A stretch of 41,508 nt of DNA from Nitrospinaceae bacterium (GTDB taxonomy: Bacteria; Nitrospinota; Nitrospinia; Nitrospinales; VA-1). Below the pieces are notes generated by a model that saw only the letters and a list, made by a program, of their open reading frames with translations, did not search any database and was not told the DNA's origin. A program made the translations under genes and the position numbers. Within the stretch, counting starts at the first letter, position 1; every line of letters starts with the position of its first letter. Shown here one piece after another: positions 16,939 to 29,666 of the stretch. The DNA lies in NCBI GenBank assembly GCA_020343535.1, contig CP070799.1:1782601-1824108 (forward strand), given 5' to 3'.

Positions 16939-19446
16939 ATGGCGCTGGGTTCCCGATTATTCAGGATTTACGACCGGCTGATCTTCCGTTATTCGAAAGC
17001 CTGGATCGCCGCCATCGTACTCATCGCCGCGGGCCTGGCTTTCAAAGTGCCTGAGTTCAAGCTCGACGCCTCGGCCGATTCGCTGGTGCTGGAAAACGAC
17101 GAAGCCCTCGCCTACAACCGCAAGATCAACAAACAGTACGGCACCGAAGATTTTCTCATCGTTACCTACAAACCGTTCGACGGCCTGCTTTCCCCACGCT
17201 CGATCGAGGGCCTGAAGGGCCTGAAGGAAGAGCTGTCCCGGCTGGAACGCATCAAGTCGGTGGTCAGCATCCTCGACGTCCCGCTGTTCAACAGCCCGCG
17301 TGTCAAGCTCTCGGAGCTTAGCGAAAACAACCGCACCCTGGAAACTCCCGGGGTGGACCTGGATCTCGCCCTCCGGGAATTCACCGAAAGCCCGATCTAC
17401 CGCAAGCTGCTCGCCAGCCCCGACGGCAAGACCACCGCCCTGCTCGCTCTGTACAAGCGCAACGAAAAATATTACTCCCTGCTCGAGCGGCGCAACGACC
17501 TGCGGGAAAAACGGCGCCACCAGGACCTTTCCCCCCAGGAGGAGAAAGAGCTTGCGGAGGTTTCACACGAGTTCAAGCAGTACCTCGCCGAAGTCCTCGC
17601 GACACAAAAGCGGGAGGTGGACACGGTGCGCGCCATCCTCGACAAATACCGCGACCGGGCCGATATCTTCCTCGGCGGCATCCCCATGATCGCCACCGAC
17701 ATGATCGACTTCATCCGCAGCGACCTGTCGACCTTCGGCATCGCCGTGTTCGCCCTCATGGTGCTGGTCATGTGGCTGTTCTTCCACGGAGTGCGCTGGG
17801 TGGCGCTGCCGATCGTCACCACCGGCGTGTCGGTATGGGTGGTCATCGGCTGTCTGGGTTGGCTGGACTGGCGGGCGACGGTCATCTCCTCCAATTTCGT
17901 CTCGATGCTCATCATCATCACCATCTCGCTGACGGTTCACCTCATCGTCCGCTACGGCGAGTTGTACGCCGATGGTCCCGAGCGCGAAGCGCCCGCCCTA
18001 GTGGAAGACACCGTACGGCACATGTTCCAGCCTTGCTTTTACACCGCCATCACCACCATCGTCGCCTTCACCTCGCTGATGGTCAGCGGCATTCGCCCGG
18101 TCATCGATTTCGGCTGGATCATGACGCTCGGTATCGCCATCGCCTTCACCCTGTCCTTCATCCTCTTCCCGGCCCTGCTCCGGCCGATGCGGCCTCGCGC
18201 CTCGGTCACTGCCCACGATTTCACGCGCCGCATCACCCGGGCCATCGCCGCCTTCGCCCTGCGGCACCGGGGCGGCCTCATCACCGGCTTCACCCTATTC
18301 TCCGCGCTGGCCGTGTTCGGCATCTTCCAACTGCGGGTGGATAACCGCTTTATCGATTATTTCAAGGAAAGCACCGAGATCTACCAGGGCATGAGCGTCA
18401 TCGATAAATCGCTCGGCGGAACCACGCCCCTCGACCTGGTGTTGGAGGCCGATCCGGCGTTTTTCGAATACCTTGAGGAAATCGAAAAGGAAAAAGCCCT
18501 GGAGGACCCGTTCGACGACCCCTTCGCGTCGAAAGAGCCGGTGGAGGAAAATTACTGGTTTCATCCGGACAAGCTACTGTGGGTGGAAAAGATCCACGAT
18601 CACCTGGAAGCCATGCCACAGATCGGCAAAGTGCTCTCCATCGCCACCACCCTCAAGGTGGTGCGCCTGATCAACGGGGGCCGCGTGCCCGACGATTACG
18701 ACCTCGCCATCTACCGCAAGTTGCTGCCCGAAGAGGCGCGCAAGAACTTTCTCGATCCGTATCTATCGAAAGACGCGAACCAGATCCGCCTCACCCTGCG
18801 CATCGAGGAAACCGAGCCCACGCTGAACCGCGGCGAGCTGATCGAGAAAATCAACCGCTACCTCATCGACGAAATGAACGTCGCCCCGGAGCGCATCCAC
18901 TTCACCGGCATGGCGGTGCTCTACAACAACATGTTGCACAGCCTGTACCGCTCGCAGATCCTCACTCTCGGGATGGTGCTGGCGGCGATCTGCGTCATGT
19001 TCGTGATCCTGTTCCGAAACATCTCCATCGCATTGCTGGCCACATTGCCCAACGTGTTTTCCGCTGTGAGCGTGCTCGGGATCATGGGCTGGCTCGACAT
19101 CCCGCTCGACATGATGACCATCACCATCGCCGCCATCACCATCGGCATCGCGGTGGACGACACCATCCACTACGTGCACCGTTTTCAGGAAGAGTTTCCC
19201 AGGTTCTCGAACTACCAGGAAACGGTCCTGCACTGCCACGGAACCATCGGCCGGGCGATGTATTACACCTCCATCACCATCACCGTCGGATTTTCCATCC
19301 TGGTGCTGTCGAACTTTATCCCCACCATCTACTTCGGCCTGCTGACGGGCACGGCCATGATTTTAGCTATTTTAGGCGATCTTATTCTATTGCCCCTCCT
19401 GATCGTTTTGTTCAAGCCTCTGGGGCCGGAAACGGCGCGGGCCTAG
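16939..19446 (+). CDS. MMPL/RND-superfamily exporter (lipid-type)
   Basis: Two TM bundles with large periplasmic loops, TAITTIVAF.SL, ITIGIAVDDTIH. Start placed at ATG 16939 because the track start overlaps PCD. Confidence 0.9.
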   Translation: MALGSRLFRIYDRLIFRYSKAWIAAIVLIAAGLAFKVPEFKLDASADSLVLENDEALAYNRKINKQYGTEDFLIVTYKPFDGLLSPRSIEGLKGLKEELSRLERIKSVVSILDVPLFNSPRVKLSELSENNRTLETPGVDLDLALREFTESPIYRKLLASPDGKTTALLALYKRNEKYYSLLERRNDLREKRRHQDLSPQEEKELAEVSHEFKQYLAEVLATQKREVDTVRAILDKYRDRADIFLGGIPMIATDMIDFIRSDLSTFGIAVFALMVLVMWLFFHGVRWVALPIVTTGVSVWVVIGCLGWLDWRATVISSNFVSMLIIITISLTVHLIVRYGELYADGPEREAPALVEDTVRHMFQPCFYTAITTIVAFTSLMVSGIRPVIDFGWIMTLGIAIAFTLSFILFPALLRPMRPRASVTAHDFTRRITRAIAAFALRHRGGLITGFTLFSALAVFGIFQLRVDNRFIDYFKESTEIYQGMSVIDKSLGGTTPLDLVLEADPAFFEYLEEIEKEKALEDPFDDPFASKEPVEENYWFHPDKLLWVEKIHDHLEAMPQIGKVLSIATTLKVVRLINGGRVPDDYDLAIYRKLLPEEARKNFLDPYLSKDANQIRLTLRIEETEPTLNRGELIEKINRYLIDEMNVAPERIHFTGMAVLYNNMLHSLYRSQILTLGMVLAAICVMFVILFRNISIALLATLPNVFSAVSVLGIMGWLDIPLDMMTITIAAITIGIAVDDTIHYVHRFQEEFPRFSNYQETVLHCHGTIGRAMYYTSITITVGFSILVLSNFIPTIYFGLLTGTAMILAILGDLILLPLLIVLFKPLGPETARA

Positions 19447-20684
19447 GATTCGGTCTCCTCGCGGAGGATGTCGTCCAGGGTTTGCCGGCGGCGGGTCTGC
19501 ACGAGGGTATCGCCATCGACCACCACTTCGGGAATCAACGGCTGGCTGTTATAGTTAGAGGACATGGCGAAGCCATAAGCGCCCGCCCCGCCTACCACGA
19601 TGAGATCACCCGGTTTCGGCTTGGGCAGCCGCCTGGCCACCGGTTCCTCGTCCTTCTGCGTGAGCACGTCGCCGGATTCGCACACGGGACCTGCGACGAT
19701 GATGTCCTGCTCGGGGCCGAGGTCGTCGCCGACGAACCAGATGGGGTGGAATGACCCATAGGCCATCGGGCGCAGCAGATGGCAGAAACCGATATTGCCG
19801 AGCACGTAGTCGAGGCGGCGGCCGGCCTCGTCGAACGTGTGATTGAGCGATCGCACCTCGCCGATGAGGTATCCCGCACCGGCGACAAAACGCCGCCCGG
19901 GTTCGATTTCGCAGACGATCCGGCGGTTGAAATGCGCTTCCAGGCGCTTCGTCCGCTCCTCAAGGATCGACCGGTAGCCGGAGATGTCCTCCTCGGCTTT
20001 CGCCGGGTCATACTGGTAGGGCAGCCCGCCGCCGAAATTGATGGTCTTGAGGTCGTCGAATTGCATGGCGAAATCGACCAGCTTGCCGGTGATGCGCTTC
20101 AGGTGCTCCATGTCCCCGCCGGAACCGATGTGCATGTGCACGCCGGAGATGGTGAGCCCGTATTTCCGGGCCAAGGCCTTGACCTCATCGAGGTTCTGGT
20201 ACCAGATGCCATGTTTGCTGTAGGGGCCGCCGGTGTTGGTTTTCTTGGAATGGCCGTGGCCTTCCCCGGGATTGATGCGAATGGAAATGGCGGGGGATCC
20301 GCCAGGGGCGCGCTCCAGAGCACGGCCGTATTCCTCGACCATGCCAAGGGTGCCAAGGTTGCAGAAGATGCCGCGCTCCAGGCAGAAGGCCACGTCGTCG
20401 GCATTGAAAAAAACGTCGCTGGTGAAACAGATGGCGTCCGGGTGAAAACCCGCGCGCAGCGCGCGTTCGACCTCGAACACGCTGACCGCGTCGATCAACA
20501 CTCCCTGGGCCAGCATTTCCTTGAGAACGCGAATATTGGAGCAGGCCTTCATGGCGTAACGGACCACCGGCGCCAGCGGCTTGATCTCGTCGATGGAGCG
20601 GCGCAGCGCCGCCAGGCTGTAGGCGTAAACCGGAGTCCCGAATCGGCGGGCGATCTCCCTCACGTCGACTTGTTCGATGTTCAT
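19443..20684 (-). CDS. lysA: Diaminopimelate decarboxylase
   Basis: FGTP.Y.Y, YAMKA (PLP Lys), SKHG, HMHIGS, FGGG, EPGR, GPVCESGD, GAYG..MSSNYN. Confidence 0.93.
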   Translation of the reverse strand: MNIEQVDVREIARRFGTPVYAYSLAALRRSIDEIKPLAPVVRYAMKACSNIRVLKEMLAQGVLIDAVSVFEVERALRAGFHPDAICFTSDVFFNADDVAFCLERGIFCNLGTLGMVEEYGRALERAPGGSPAISIRINPGEGHGHSKKTNTGGPYSKHGIWYQNLDEVKALARKYGLTISGVHMHIGSGGDMEHLKRITGKLVDFAMQFDDLKTINFGGGLPYQYDPAKAEEDISGYRSILEERTKRLEAHFNRRIVCEIEPGRRFVAGAGYLIGEVRSLNHTFDEAGRRLDYVLGNIGFCHLLRPMAYGSFHPIWFVGDDLGPEQDIIVAGPVCESGDVLTQKDEEPVARRLPKPKPGDLIVVGGAGAYGFAMSSNYNSQPLIPEVVVDGDTLVQTRRRQTLDDILREETES

Positions 20685-20942
20685 TCTCTCTCCTGATGGT
20701 CAAGTCCGATTCCCGCTGGCCGGCCGACACCGGAGCGCATCGGAATCTGGGTTTTATAGCACAAATCTCCACGGCCTAGAATTTCTTTTCGAGCCCCAAG
20801 TTTTTGGTTGAAATCCGCCGCGAATGTTATAACTTAAATTGCTAGACCACCGGCCATCCTCGGCCCCGGCCTGGCCAATGAACGGCCCCGCCGGGAGGGG
20901 TTCTGGCCCCGCCTTCCCTGAACCCGTGGAGACATCCTGCAC

Positions 20943-22871
20943 ATGAAAAAGTGGACCATCGAAGAATCCCGCGACTTGTACAATATCGAGGGTTGGGGCG
21001 CCGGCTACTTCGACATCAACCGGGACGGGCACATCGTCGTCAAACCCCGGCATAACGGCAAGCAGGAAATCGACCTCAAGCACCTGGTCAACGACATCCA
21101 GGACCGGGGTTATTCGCTGCCCGCGCTCATCCGCTTTTCCGACGTCCTGAAATCGAGCATCGACAACCTTGCCGGCGGGTTTCATAAAGCCATCCAGGAA
21201 TATGGCTACACCGGCCGTTACCACGGCGTCTACCCCATCAAGGTCAACCAGCAGCGCCAGGTGGTCGACGAGATCGTCAAGTTCGGCCGCCCTTACAACA
21301 TCGGCCTCGAAGCGGGTTCGAAGCCCGAGCTCCACGCCATTCTGGCGATCATGGACAACCCCAACGCGGTCATCATCTGCAACGGCTACAAAGACGATCC
21401 ATTCATCCGTCTCGCCCTACTCGGGCAAAAGCTCGGCCGGCAGGTGTTCATCGTCGTGGAAAAACTCGACGAGCTGGACCTCATCAACCACGTCGCCAAC
21501 GAGCTCGGCGTCGAGCCGAACATCGGCCTGCGCATCAAGCTGGTGAGCGCCGGGTCGGGCCGCTGGGCGTCCTCCAGCGGCGAGTACTCCAAGTTCGGCC
21601 TGAACGCCATGGAACTGGTGGAGGCCCTGAGAACCGCCGAGAGAAAAAATATACTGCACAACATCAAGCTGATTCACTTCCACCTGGGAAGCCAGATCAC
21701 CAACATCCGCCGCATCAAGAACAGCCTCAAGGAGGTCGGCCGCTTCTACGCCGAGCTCATGGGGGCGGGCTGCAATATCCAGTACATCGACGTGGGCGGC
21801 GGCCTCGGCGTCGACTACGACGGCACCCGCTCCACCTACCATTCCAGCACCAACTACACCGTGCAGGAATACGCCAACGACGTAGTCTATCACCTGCTTG
21901 AGGTCTGCGAGGCGGAAAACCTGCCGCACCCGCATATCATTTCCGAATCCGGCCGCGCGATGACGGCTTACCACTCGATCCTCGTGGTCAACGTAGTCGA
22001 CGTCACCTCGTTTCCCGAGTGGAACGAGCAGATCACTTTGGATGACAACGCGCCCGAAGTAGTGCGGGAAATCTACGATGTTCTCGAAACCACCTCCAAC
22101 AAGAACCTGACCGAATCGTGGCACGACGCGGTGCACTTGAAGGAAGAATCGCAGAACCAGTTTCTCATGGGCCTGATCTCGCTTTCCGACCGGGCGCTCG
22201 CCGAGCGAATCTTCTGGGGCATTTGCCGGAAAATTGAAAAACTCGCTTCGCGCCTGAAGTTCCTGCCCGATGAAATTAAATCGCTGAGAAAAACCCTGGC
22301 GGACAAGTATTTCTGCAACTTTTCGGTGTTCCAGTCGGTGCCCGACTCGTGGGCCATCGACCATGTCTTTCCCATCGTGCCCATTCAGCGCCTGCAGGAA
22401 GAACCAACGCGGGAAGCCACGCTGGAAGACCTCACCTGCGATTCCGATGGCCGCATCGACACCTTCATCGGTAGCCACCGCGGAACCGAAAAAACCCTGC
22501 GTGTCCATGCCCTGGAGCCGGGGGAGGTGTACCAGCTCGGCTTTTTTCTCGTCGGCGCGTATCAGGAAATCCTGGGAGACCTGCACAACCTGTTCGGCGA
22601 CACCAACGCCTTCCACGTCTCCCTCAATGACGACGGGACGCTGCACTACGAACAGATCATCGAAGGGGAAGATGTGACCGATGTGCTGGATTACGTCCAG
22701 TTCCGGGCCGATGAGCTGGCGGGCCGGGTGGCCGGGTTCCTGATCAGCGCGGTTGAAAAGGAAAAACTCACCCAGCAGGAAGCCGACGATTTTCTCGCCT
22801 TTTACAAGGAAGGCCTGAATGGCTACACCTACCTGCTCAAACCCCACCACACCCTGAGACCGCAGGAATAA
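20943..22871 (+). CDS. speA: Biosynthetic arginine decarboxylase
   Basis: YPIKVNQ, GLEAGSKPEL, CNGYKD, SKFGL, HFHLGSQI, SESGRA, NFSVFQS.PD.W, DLTCDSDG, GAYQEILG..HNLFG. Confidence 0.97.
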   Translation: MKKWTIEESRDLYNIEGWGAGYFDINRDGHIVVKPRHNGKQEIDLKHLVNDIQDRGYSLPALIRFSDVLKSSIDNLAGGFHKAIQEYGYTGRYHGVYPIKVNQQRQVVDEIVKFGRPYNIGLEAGSKPELHAILAIMDNPNAVIICNGYKDDPFIRLALLGQKLGRQVFIVVEKLDELDLINHVANELGVEPNIGLRIKLVSAGSGRWASSSGEYSKFGLNAMELVEALRTAERKNILHNIKLIHFHLGSQITNIRRIKNSLKEVGRFYAELMGAGCNIQYIDVGGGLGVDYDGTRSTYHSSTNYTVQEYANDVVYHLLEVCEAENLPHPHIISESGRAMTAYHSILVVNVVDVTSFPEWNEQITLDDNAPEVVREIYDVLETTSNKNLTESWHDAVHLKEESQNQFLMGLISLSDRALAERIFWGICRKIEKLASRLKFLPDEIKSLRKTLADKYFCNFSVFQSVPDSWAIDHVFPIVPIQRLQEEPTREATLEDLTCDSDGRIDTFIGSHRGTEKTLRVHALEPGEVYQLGFFLVGAYQEILGDLHNLFGDTNAFHVSLNDDGTLHYEQIIEGEDVTDVLDYVQFRADELAGRVAGFLISAVEKEKLTQQEADDFLAFYKEGLNGYTYLLKPHHTLRPQE

Positions 22872-22874
22872 AAC

Positions 22875-22910
22875 AAGCCCGGCCGGGAAGATTCCTCCCA
22901 ACCGGGCTTT
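22875..22910. terminator. Hairpin between convergent speA and pnp, probable terminator
   Basis: AAGCCCGG...GGGA..TCCC...CCGGGCTT inverted repeat with short A/T flanks. Confidence 0.6.
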
Positions 22911-22940
22911 GCATACTCTAAGGGCGGTGAATGCCGCCGT

Positions 22941-25037
22941 TTATTGCGAGACCGTCGCCTCGTCGCGCAGGGCTTCTTTGCGGCTCAACTTCACCTTGCC
23001 CTGGGAATCGACATCGATCACCTTGACCTTGATCTCGTCTCCCTCCTGGATTTCATCGCTGACGCTCTTGATGCGCCGCTCGCAAATCTGCGAGATATGA
23101 ACCAGGCCATCGGTACCGGGGAGGATCTCGACGAAGGCGCCGAAATCGACGATCTTCTTCACCTTGCCCAGGTAAACGCGGCCGACCTCGACCTCCTGCA
23201 CCAGGCTCTCGACATAATTGATCGCGGCCTGCGAAGCGGCCTCGTCGGTGGAGGCGATGGACACCACGCCATCGTCGTTGATATCGATGGTGACGCCGGT
23301 CTTCTCGATGATTTCGCGGATGACCTTGCCGCCCGGTCCGATGACGTCGCGGATCTTGTCCTTGGGAATGCGGATGGTGACGATACGCGGTGCGTATTTG
23401 GACATCACCTCGCGCGGCCGTTCCAGCACTTTGGCCATCTCGCCCAGGATGTGCATCCGGCCCTCGCGGGCCTGGCCTAGAGCGGTCTCCATGAGCGACT
23501 TGTCCAGCCCGCCGATCTTGATATCCATCTGCAACGCGGTGATGCCGTTTTTGGTGCCGGCCACCTTGAAATCCATATCGCCCAGATGATCCTCGCTGCC
23601 GAGAATGTCCGACAGGATGGCGATCTGATCGCCTTCCTTGATGAGCCCCATGGCGATGCCCGCCACCGGCTCCTTGATTGGAACGCCCGCGTCCATCAGC
23701 GACAGGGAACCGCCGCACACCGACGCCATGGAGGACGACCCGTTGGATTCCAGGATCTCGGAAACCAGGCGGATGGTGTAGGGGAATTTTTCCTTGTCGG
23801 GCAGGATGGGGATGAGGGACCGCTCGGCGAGCATGCCGTGACCGATTTCCCGCCGCCCGGGCCCGGCCAGGAACTTGACCTCCCCGGTGCAGAAAGCCGG
23901 AAAGTTGTAGTGCAGCATGAACGACTTCATGCCCTTGAACTCCAGGCTGTCCATGCGCTGCTCGTCCATGCCGGTGCCCAGCGTGGTGGCCACCAGCGCC
24001 TGTGTCTCGCCGCGGGTGAAGACGGCGGAACCGTGCGTCCGCGCCAGGTAGCCGACCTGAATGCTGATGGGGCGGATGTCGGACAACCCGCGTCCGTCAA
24101 TACGGGTCTTCTGCTCCAGGATCAGCCGGCGGACGACATCTTTCTCGATGCCGTGCAGGATTTCTCCCAGCTGCTTTTTGACCGTTTCGTCGCCCTCGGG
24201 GTTGAGCACCTGGGCGACGGTTTCCTTGACCTCCGTCATTGCGTCGGAGCGTTCCTGCTTGCCGGCAATCTGCATGGCGGCTTCGATTTTGGCGCGCACC
24301 AGGTCACTCACGCGCGTGGTCAGGGCCTCGTCGACCTCGGCCGCCTCCACGGCGGCCTTTTCCTTGCCGAGCCGCTTTCTGAGTTCCTCCTGAATACCGA
24401 TCAGCTTCCTGATCCGCTCGTGCCCGAAGGCCAGCGCGTCCATCATCACATCCTCGCCGACCTCCATCGCCCCCGCTTCGACCATGACGATGCCGTCCAT
24501 GGTGCCGGCCATCACGAGGTTCAGGTCGCTCTCCTTGGTCTCATCGTAGGTGGGGTTGAAGACGAACTCGCCATTGACCCGGCCGATGCGTGCGCCGGCG
24601 ATCGGGTTGTGAAACGGAATGTCGGAAACAAGGAGCGCCGCCGACGCACCGGTGATGGCAACGACATCGGCGGGGTTTACCTGATCGTGCGACACCACGA
24701 GGCAGATAACCTGCGTCTCGTTTCGAAACCCGTCCGGAAACAGCGGCCGGATGGGCCTGTCGATCAGGCGGCAGACCAGCGTCTCGAGTTCTCCCGGACG
24801 GGCCTCGCGCCGGAAAAAACTGCCGGGAATCTTCCCAGCGGCGTAGGTTTTTTCTCTGTAATCGACTGTCAGCGGGAAAAAGTCCACTTCTTCCCTGGGT
24901 TTCTTGGCCATGGTCGCCGCCACGAGGACCATCGTGTCCCCCTGCCGCACCACCACCGAACCCCCGGCTTGCTTAGCCAGGGTGCCTGATTCTATGGATA
25001 TTGTTTTCCCGTCAATTTCTATCTCAACTTTTTCCAT
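22941..25037 (-). CDS. pnp: Polyribonucleotide nucleotidyltransferase (PNPase)
   Basis: [47 protein letters not shown] and S1 domains. Confidence 0.98.
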   Translation of the reverse strand: MEKVEIEIDGKTISIESGTLAKQAGGSVVVRQGDTMVLVAATMAKKPREEVDFFPLTVDYREKTYAAGKIPGSFFRREARPGELETLVCRLIDRPIRPLFPDGFRNETQVICLVVSHDQVNPADVVAITGASAALLVSDIPFHNPIAGARIGRVNGEFVFNPTYDETKESDLNLVMAGTMDGIVMVEAGAMEVGEDVMMDALAFGHERIRKLIGIQEELRKRLGKEKAAVEAAEVDEALTTRVSDLVRAKIEAAMQIAGKQERSDAMTEVKETVAQVLNPEGDETVKKQLGEILHGIEKDVVRRLILEQKTRIDGRGLSDIRPISIQVGYLARTHGSAVFTRGETQALVATTLGTGMDEQRMDSLEFKGMKSFMLHYNFPAFCTGEVKFLAGPGRREIGHGMLAERSLIPILPDKEKFPYTIRLVSEILESNGSSSMASVCGGSLSLMDAGVPIKEPVAGIAMGLIKEGDQIAILSDILGSEDHLGDMDFKVAGTKNGITALQMDIKIGGLDKSLMETALGQAREGRMHILGEMAKVLERPREVMSKYAPRIVTIRIPKDKIRDVIGPGGKVIREIIEKTGVTIDINDDGVVSIASTDEAASQAAINYVESLVQEVEVGRVYLGKVKKIVDFGAFVEILPGTDGLVHISQICERRIKSVSDEIQEGDEIKVKVIDVDSQGKVKLSRKEALRDEATVSQ

Positions 25038-25056
25038 TCAACGTCTCCAGTTTCTT

Positions 25057-25326
25057 TTATCGCCTTATGCCCAGTTGCGCGATGATGTTTTGGTACCGGC
25101 CGGCATCTTCGTCCTTGAGATGGTCGAGCAGCTTACGCCGCTGGCTGACCAGCTTGAGCAGGCCCCGCCGCGAATGATGATCCTTGGCGTGGGTTTTGAA
25201 ATGCTCGGTCAGATCATTGATCCTCTTTGTCAGCAGTGCAATTTGCACCTCGGAGGAACCGGTATCTTTTTCGTGCAGTTTATGTACCGAAATAATTGAA
25301 CCTTTTTCTTCCTTCTTAAGTGCCAT
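25057..25326 (-). CDS. rpsO: 30S ribosomal protein S15
   Basis: [23 protein letters not shown]. 89 aa, directly upstream of pnp. Confidence 0.98.
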   Translation of the reverse strand: MALKKEEKGSIISVHKLHEKDTGSSEVQIALLTKRINDLTEHFKTHAKDHHSRRGLLKLVSQRRKLLDHLKDEDAGRYQNIIAQLGIRR

Positions 25327-25375
25327 GATGAAATCTCCCCTCGGTTAAATAAAAACCGCCCGAGGCAGACTGGCA

Positions 25376-25456
25376 AATGTTTTCGCAGAGGAATTCCGTG
25401 CCCCCGGTTGCTGCCACGTGTATCGGGCTCCGGCGGAACTCCTCTGCGAAAACATT
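25376..25456 (-). promoter_or_regulatory. 23-bp stem-loop in the rpsO 5' region (candidate leader or processing element)
   Basis: Arms 25376-25398 and 25434-25456. The single mismatch is a G-U pair on the minus (mRNA) strand. Confidence 0.6.
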
Positions 25457-25505
25457 CCAATCTTAATTCGGTCGGTGTTGATCATCGTTTAATTTGTACT
25501 CACGG

Positions 25506-26447
25506 TTAAACCAAAACGCGTTTCAGCTTGAACGCGATGTCTTCCGGCTCAAGCCGCTTGAGGCCCGCTTCGTCGACCACCGGCTCCACCACCGCCAGCA
25601 AATGGTCGCCGCCATTCATCACCCGAAGGTCCATGCCCGGCCTGAACGTCGGCGGAAAGGTTTCCAGGGAAGACTTTGAAAGCGCCAGCCCGTTGGCCAG
25701 GGAACTGACAAAGTCCTTCTTGACCCGGATTTCTGGAAGAAAATCGAGGGCGCGTTCCTGGGGAAACAACTTCTGGGGCAGGCTTCCATCGCCCGCAGCG
25801 GCATCGAACGCCTCAAGAGTCAGCGCATTCTCCAAATCGAACATGCCGACCCGCGTTCTCACCAGCCGGGTCATATGAGCGCCACAACCCAACCGGCGGC
25901 CCATGTCGTGGCACAGGGTCCTGACATAGGTGCCCGCGGAGCACTCCACCTCAAATTCCACCCGGTCCCCGGTTTTTTGTAGAAAATCAATGCGATGAAC
26001 GCAAATGGAGACGGGTTTCCTGTCGATAGTAATACCATTTCTGGCCAATTTGTAAAGAGGAATTCCTTTGTTCTTCTTTGCCGAAAACATGGGCGGGACC
26101 TGAAGCTGCTCCCCCAGGAAGCCCTCCACCACCCTTCGGGCCATCTCCGCGGTCACGGGCCCGGGGTCGCCCTGTTCGAGCACCTTGCCGGTGGCGTCCT
26201 GAGTGTCGGTGATGGCGCCGAGCACCAGTTCGGCCCGGTAAACTTTCTTCAGGGGCGACAGGAACTGGATGATCCGGGTCGCCCGGTTTAGGCAGATGGG
26301 CAGCACCCCCTCCGCCATCGGGTCCAGGGTGCCGATGTGGCCGGCCTTCCTGGCCTGCAGGCGCCTTTTCACCCGGTTCACCGCCTGGAACGAGGTGAGG
26401 CCCTTGGGCTTGAAGAGATTGAGGATGCTATCTTGGGTGTAACTCAT
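25506..26447 (-). CDS. truB: tRNA pseudouridine(55) synthase
   Basis: KPKGLTS, KAGHIGTLDP, TDTQD, QVPPMFSA, CSAGTYVRTL..D. Confidence 0.97.
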   Translation of the reverse strand: MSYTQDSILNLFKPKGLTSFQAVNRVKRRLQARKAGHIGTLDPMAEGVLPICLNRATRIIQFLSPLKKVYRAELVLGAITDTQDATGKVLEQGDPGPVTAEMARRVVEGFLGEQLQVPPMFSAKKNKGIPLYKLARNGITIDRKPVSICVHRIDFLQKTGDRVEFEVECSAGTYVRTLCHDMGRRLGCGAHMTRLVRTRVGMFDLENALTLEAFDAAAGDGSLPQKLFPQERALDFLPEIRVKKDFVSSLANGLALSKSSLETFPPTFRPGMDLRVMNGGDHLLAVVEPVVDEAGLKRLEPEDIAFKLKRVLV

Positions 26448-26775
26448 TGAGAATCTTGGTTATTTTTTCAACATGCTCGGCGTTGTCATCGCGCCTGAAA
26501 TCCAGCTCGGGGATGTATTTCAGGTACAGCTTCTTGCCCAGGGCGCCCCGGATAAAGCCGCGCGCGCTCCTCAGGCCTTCGAGGGTCTGCTTTTTTTCTT
26601 CCTCGCTTCCCAGGATGCTGACAAACACCTTGGCATGCTTGAGGTTATCGGTGACTTCCACCTTGGTCAGAGTGGCGAAGCCGATTCTCGGGTCCTTGAG
26701 CCCCTTCTGAATGAGATTGGATATCTCTTCATGCAAGAGTTCCTGAATTCTCTGGGATCGCTTGAATCGCATCAT
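26428..26775 (-). CDS. rbfA: Ribosome-binding factor A
   Basis: KDPRI, V.VT.NL..AKVFVS, IPELDF..D. ATG 26775 overlaps the DUF503 stop (ATGA), with GGAGG upstream. Confidence 0.95.
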   Translation of the reverse strand: MMRFKRSQRIQELLHEEISNLIQKGLKDPRIGFATLTKVEVTDNLKHAKVFVSILGSEEEKKQTLEGLRSARGFIRGALGKKLYLKYIPELDFRRDDNAEHVEKITKILNELHPR

Positions 26776-27089
26776 AATAAGCCTGCCTCCCTGTCGCTGT
26801 CGGTGAGGTGAACGAGGCGAACCTCGTGACCGGTGACCTCCGCCAGATTCATGACCTCGACCGCGTGGAGCAGTTTTTCCATCAGGCCCTCGAGGTACTT
26901 CGCGTCGCTTCCCACCGCGGCGAACCCCAACCGAAGGCTCTGCCACCGGTCCTGATCGTCCACTTCGGCGATGGAAACATTGAATTTATTTTTCAACCGG
27001 TCGCGCACCGCGTTGGCCACCCGGCGCTTTTCCTTGAGCGACCGGTTGCCGTGCAAATGAAACCGGATGGTGCAGCAGGCCACGATCAT
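26772..27089 (-). CDS. DUF503 (YlxP-like) protein
   Basis: SLKEKRRV, KFNVSIAEV..QD.W. Typical position between infB and rbfA. Confidence 0.92.
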   Translation of the reverse strand: MIVACCTIRFHLHGNRSLKEKRRVANAVRDRLKNKFNVSIAEVDDQDRWQSLRLGFAAVGSDAKYLEGLMEKLLHAVEVMNLAEVTGHEVRLVHLTDSDREAGLL

Positions 27090-27113
27090 GTCGACGGTAA
27101 GGGGGGTTCACTC

Positions 27114-29543
<2,430 letters not shown>

Positions 29544-29666
29544 ACAAATCCTCCTTACCACGGTTTTATCGCCAGCTACCTCGCCGGGGGCCTCCCAACC
29601 GTATTTATTCTATGAGTCCCGCTCACGGAGGCCGGTCCATCAGGAAATCCGGCCGGCCCCGGGCGG

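Noticed and set aside
21417-24989. Long antisense ORFs (494 aa opposite speA, 467 aa opposite pnp)
   Set aside because: They overlap well-supported genes on the other strand almost entirely.
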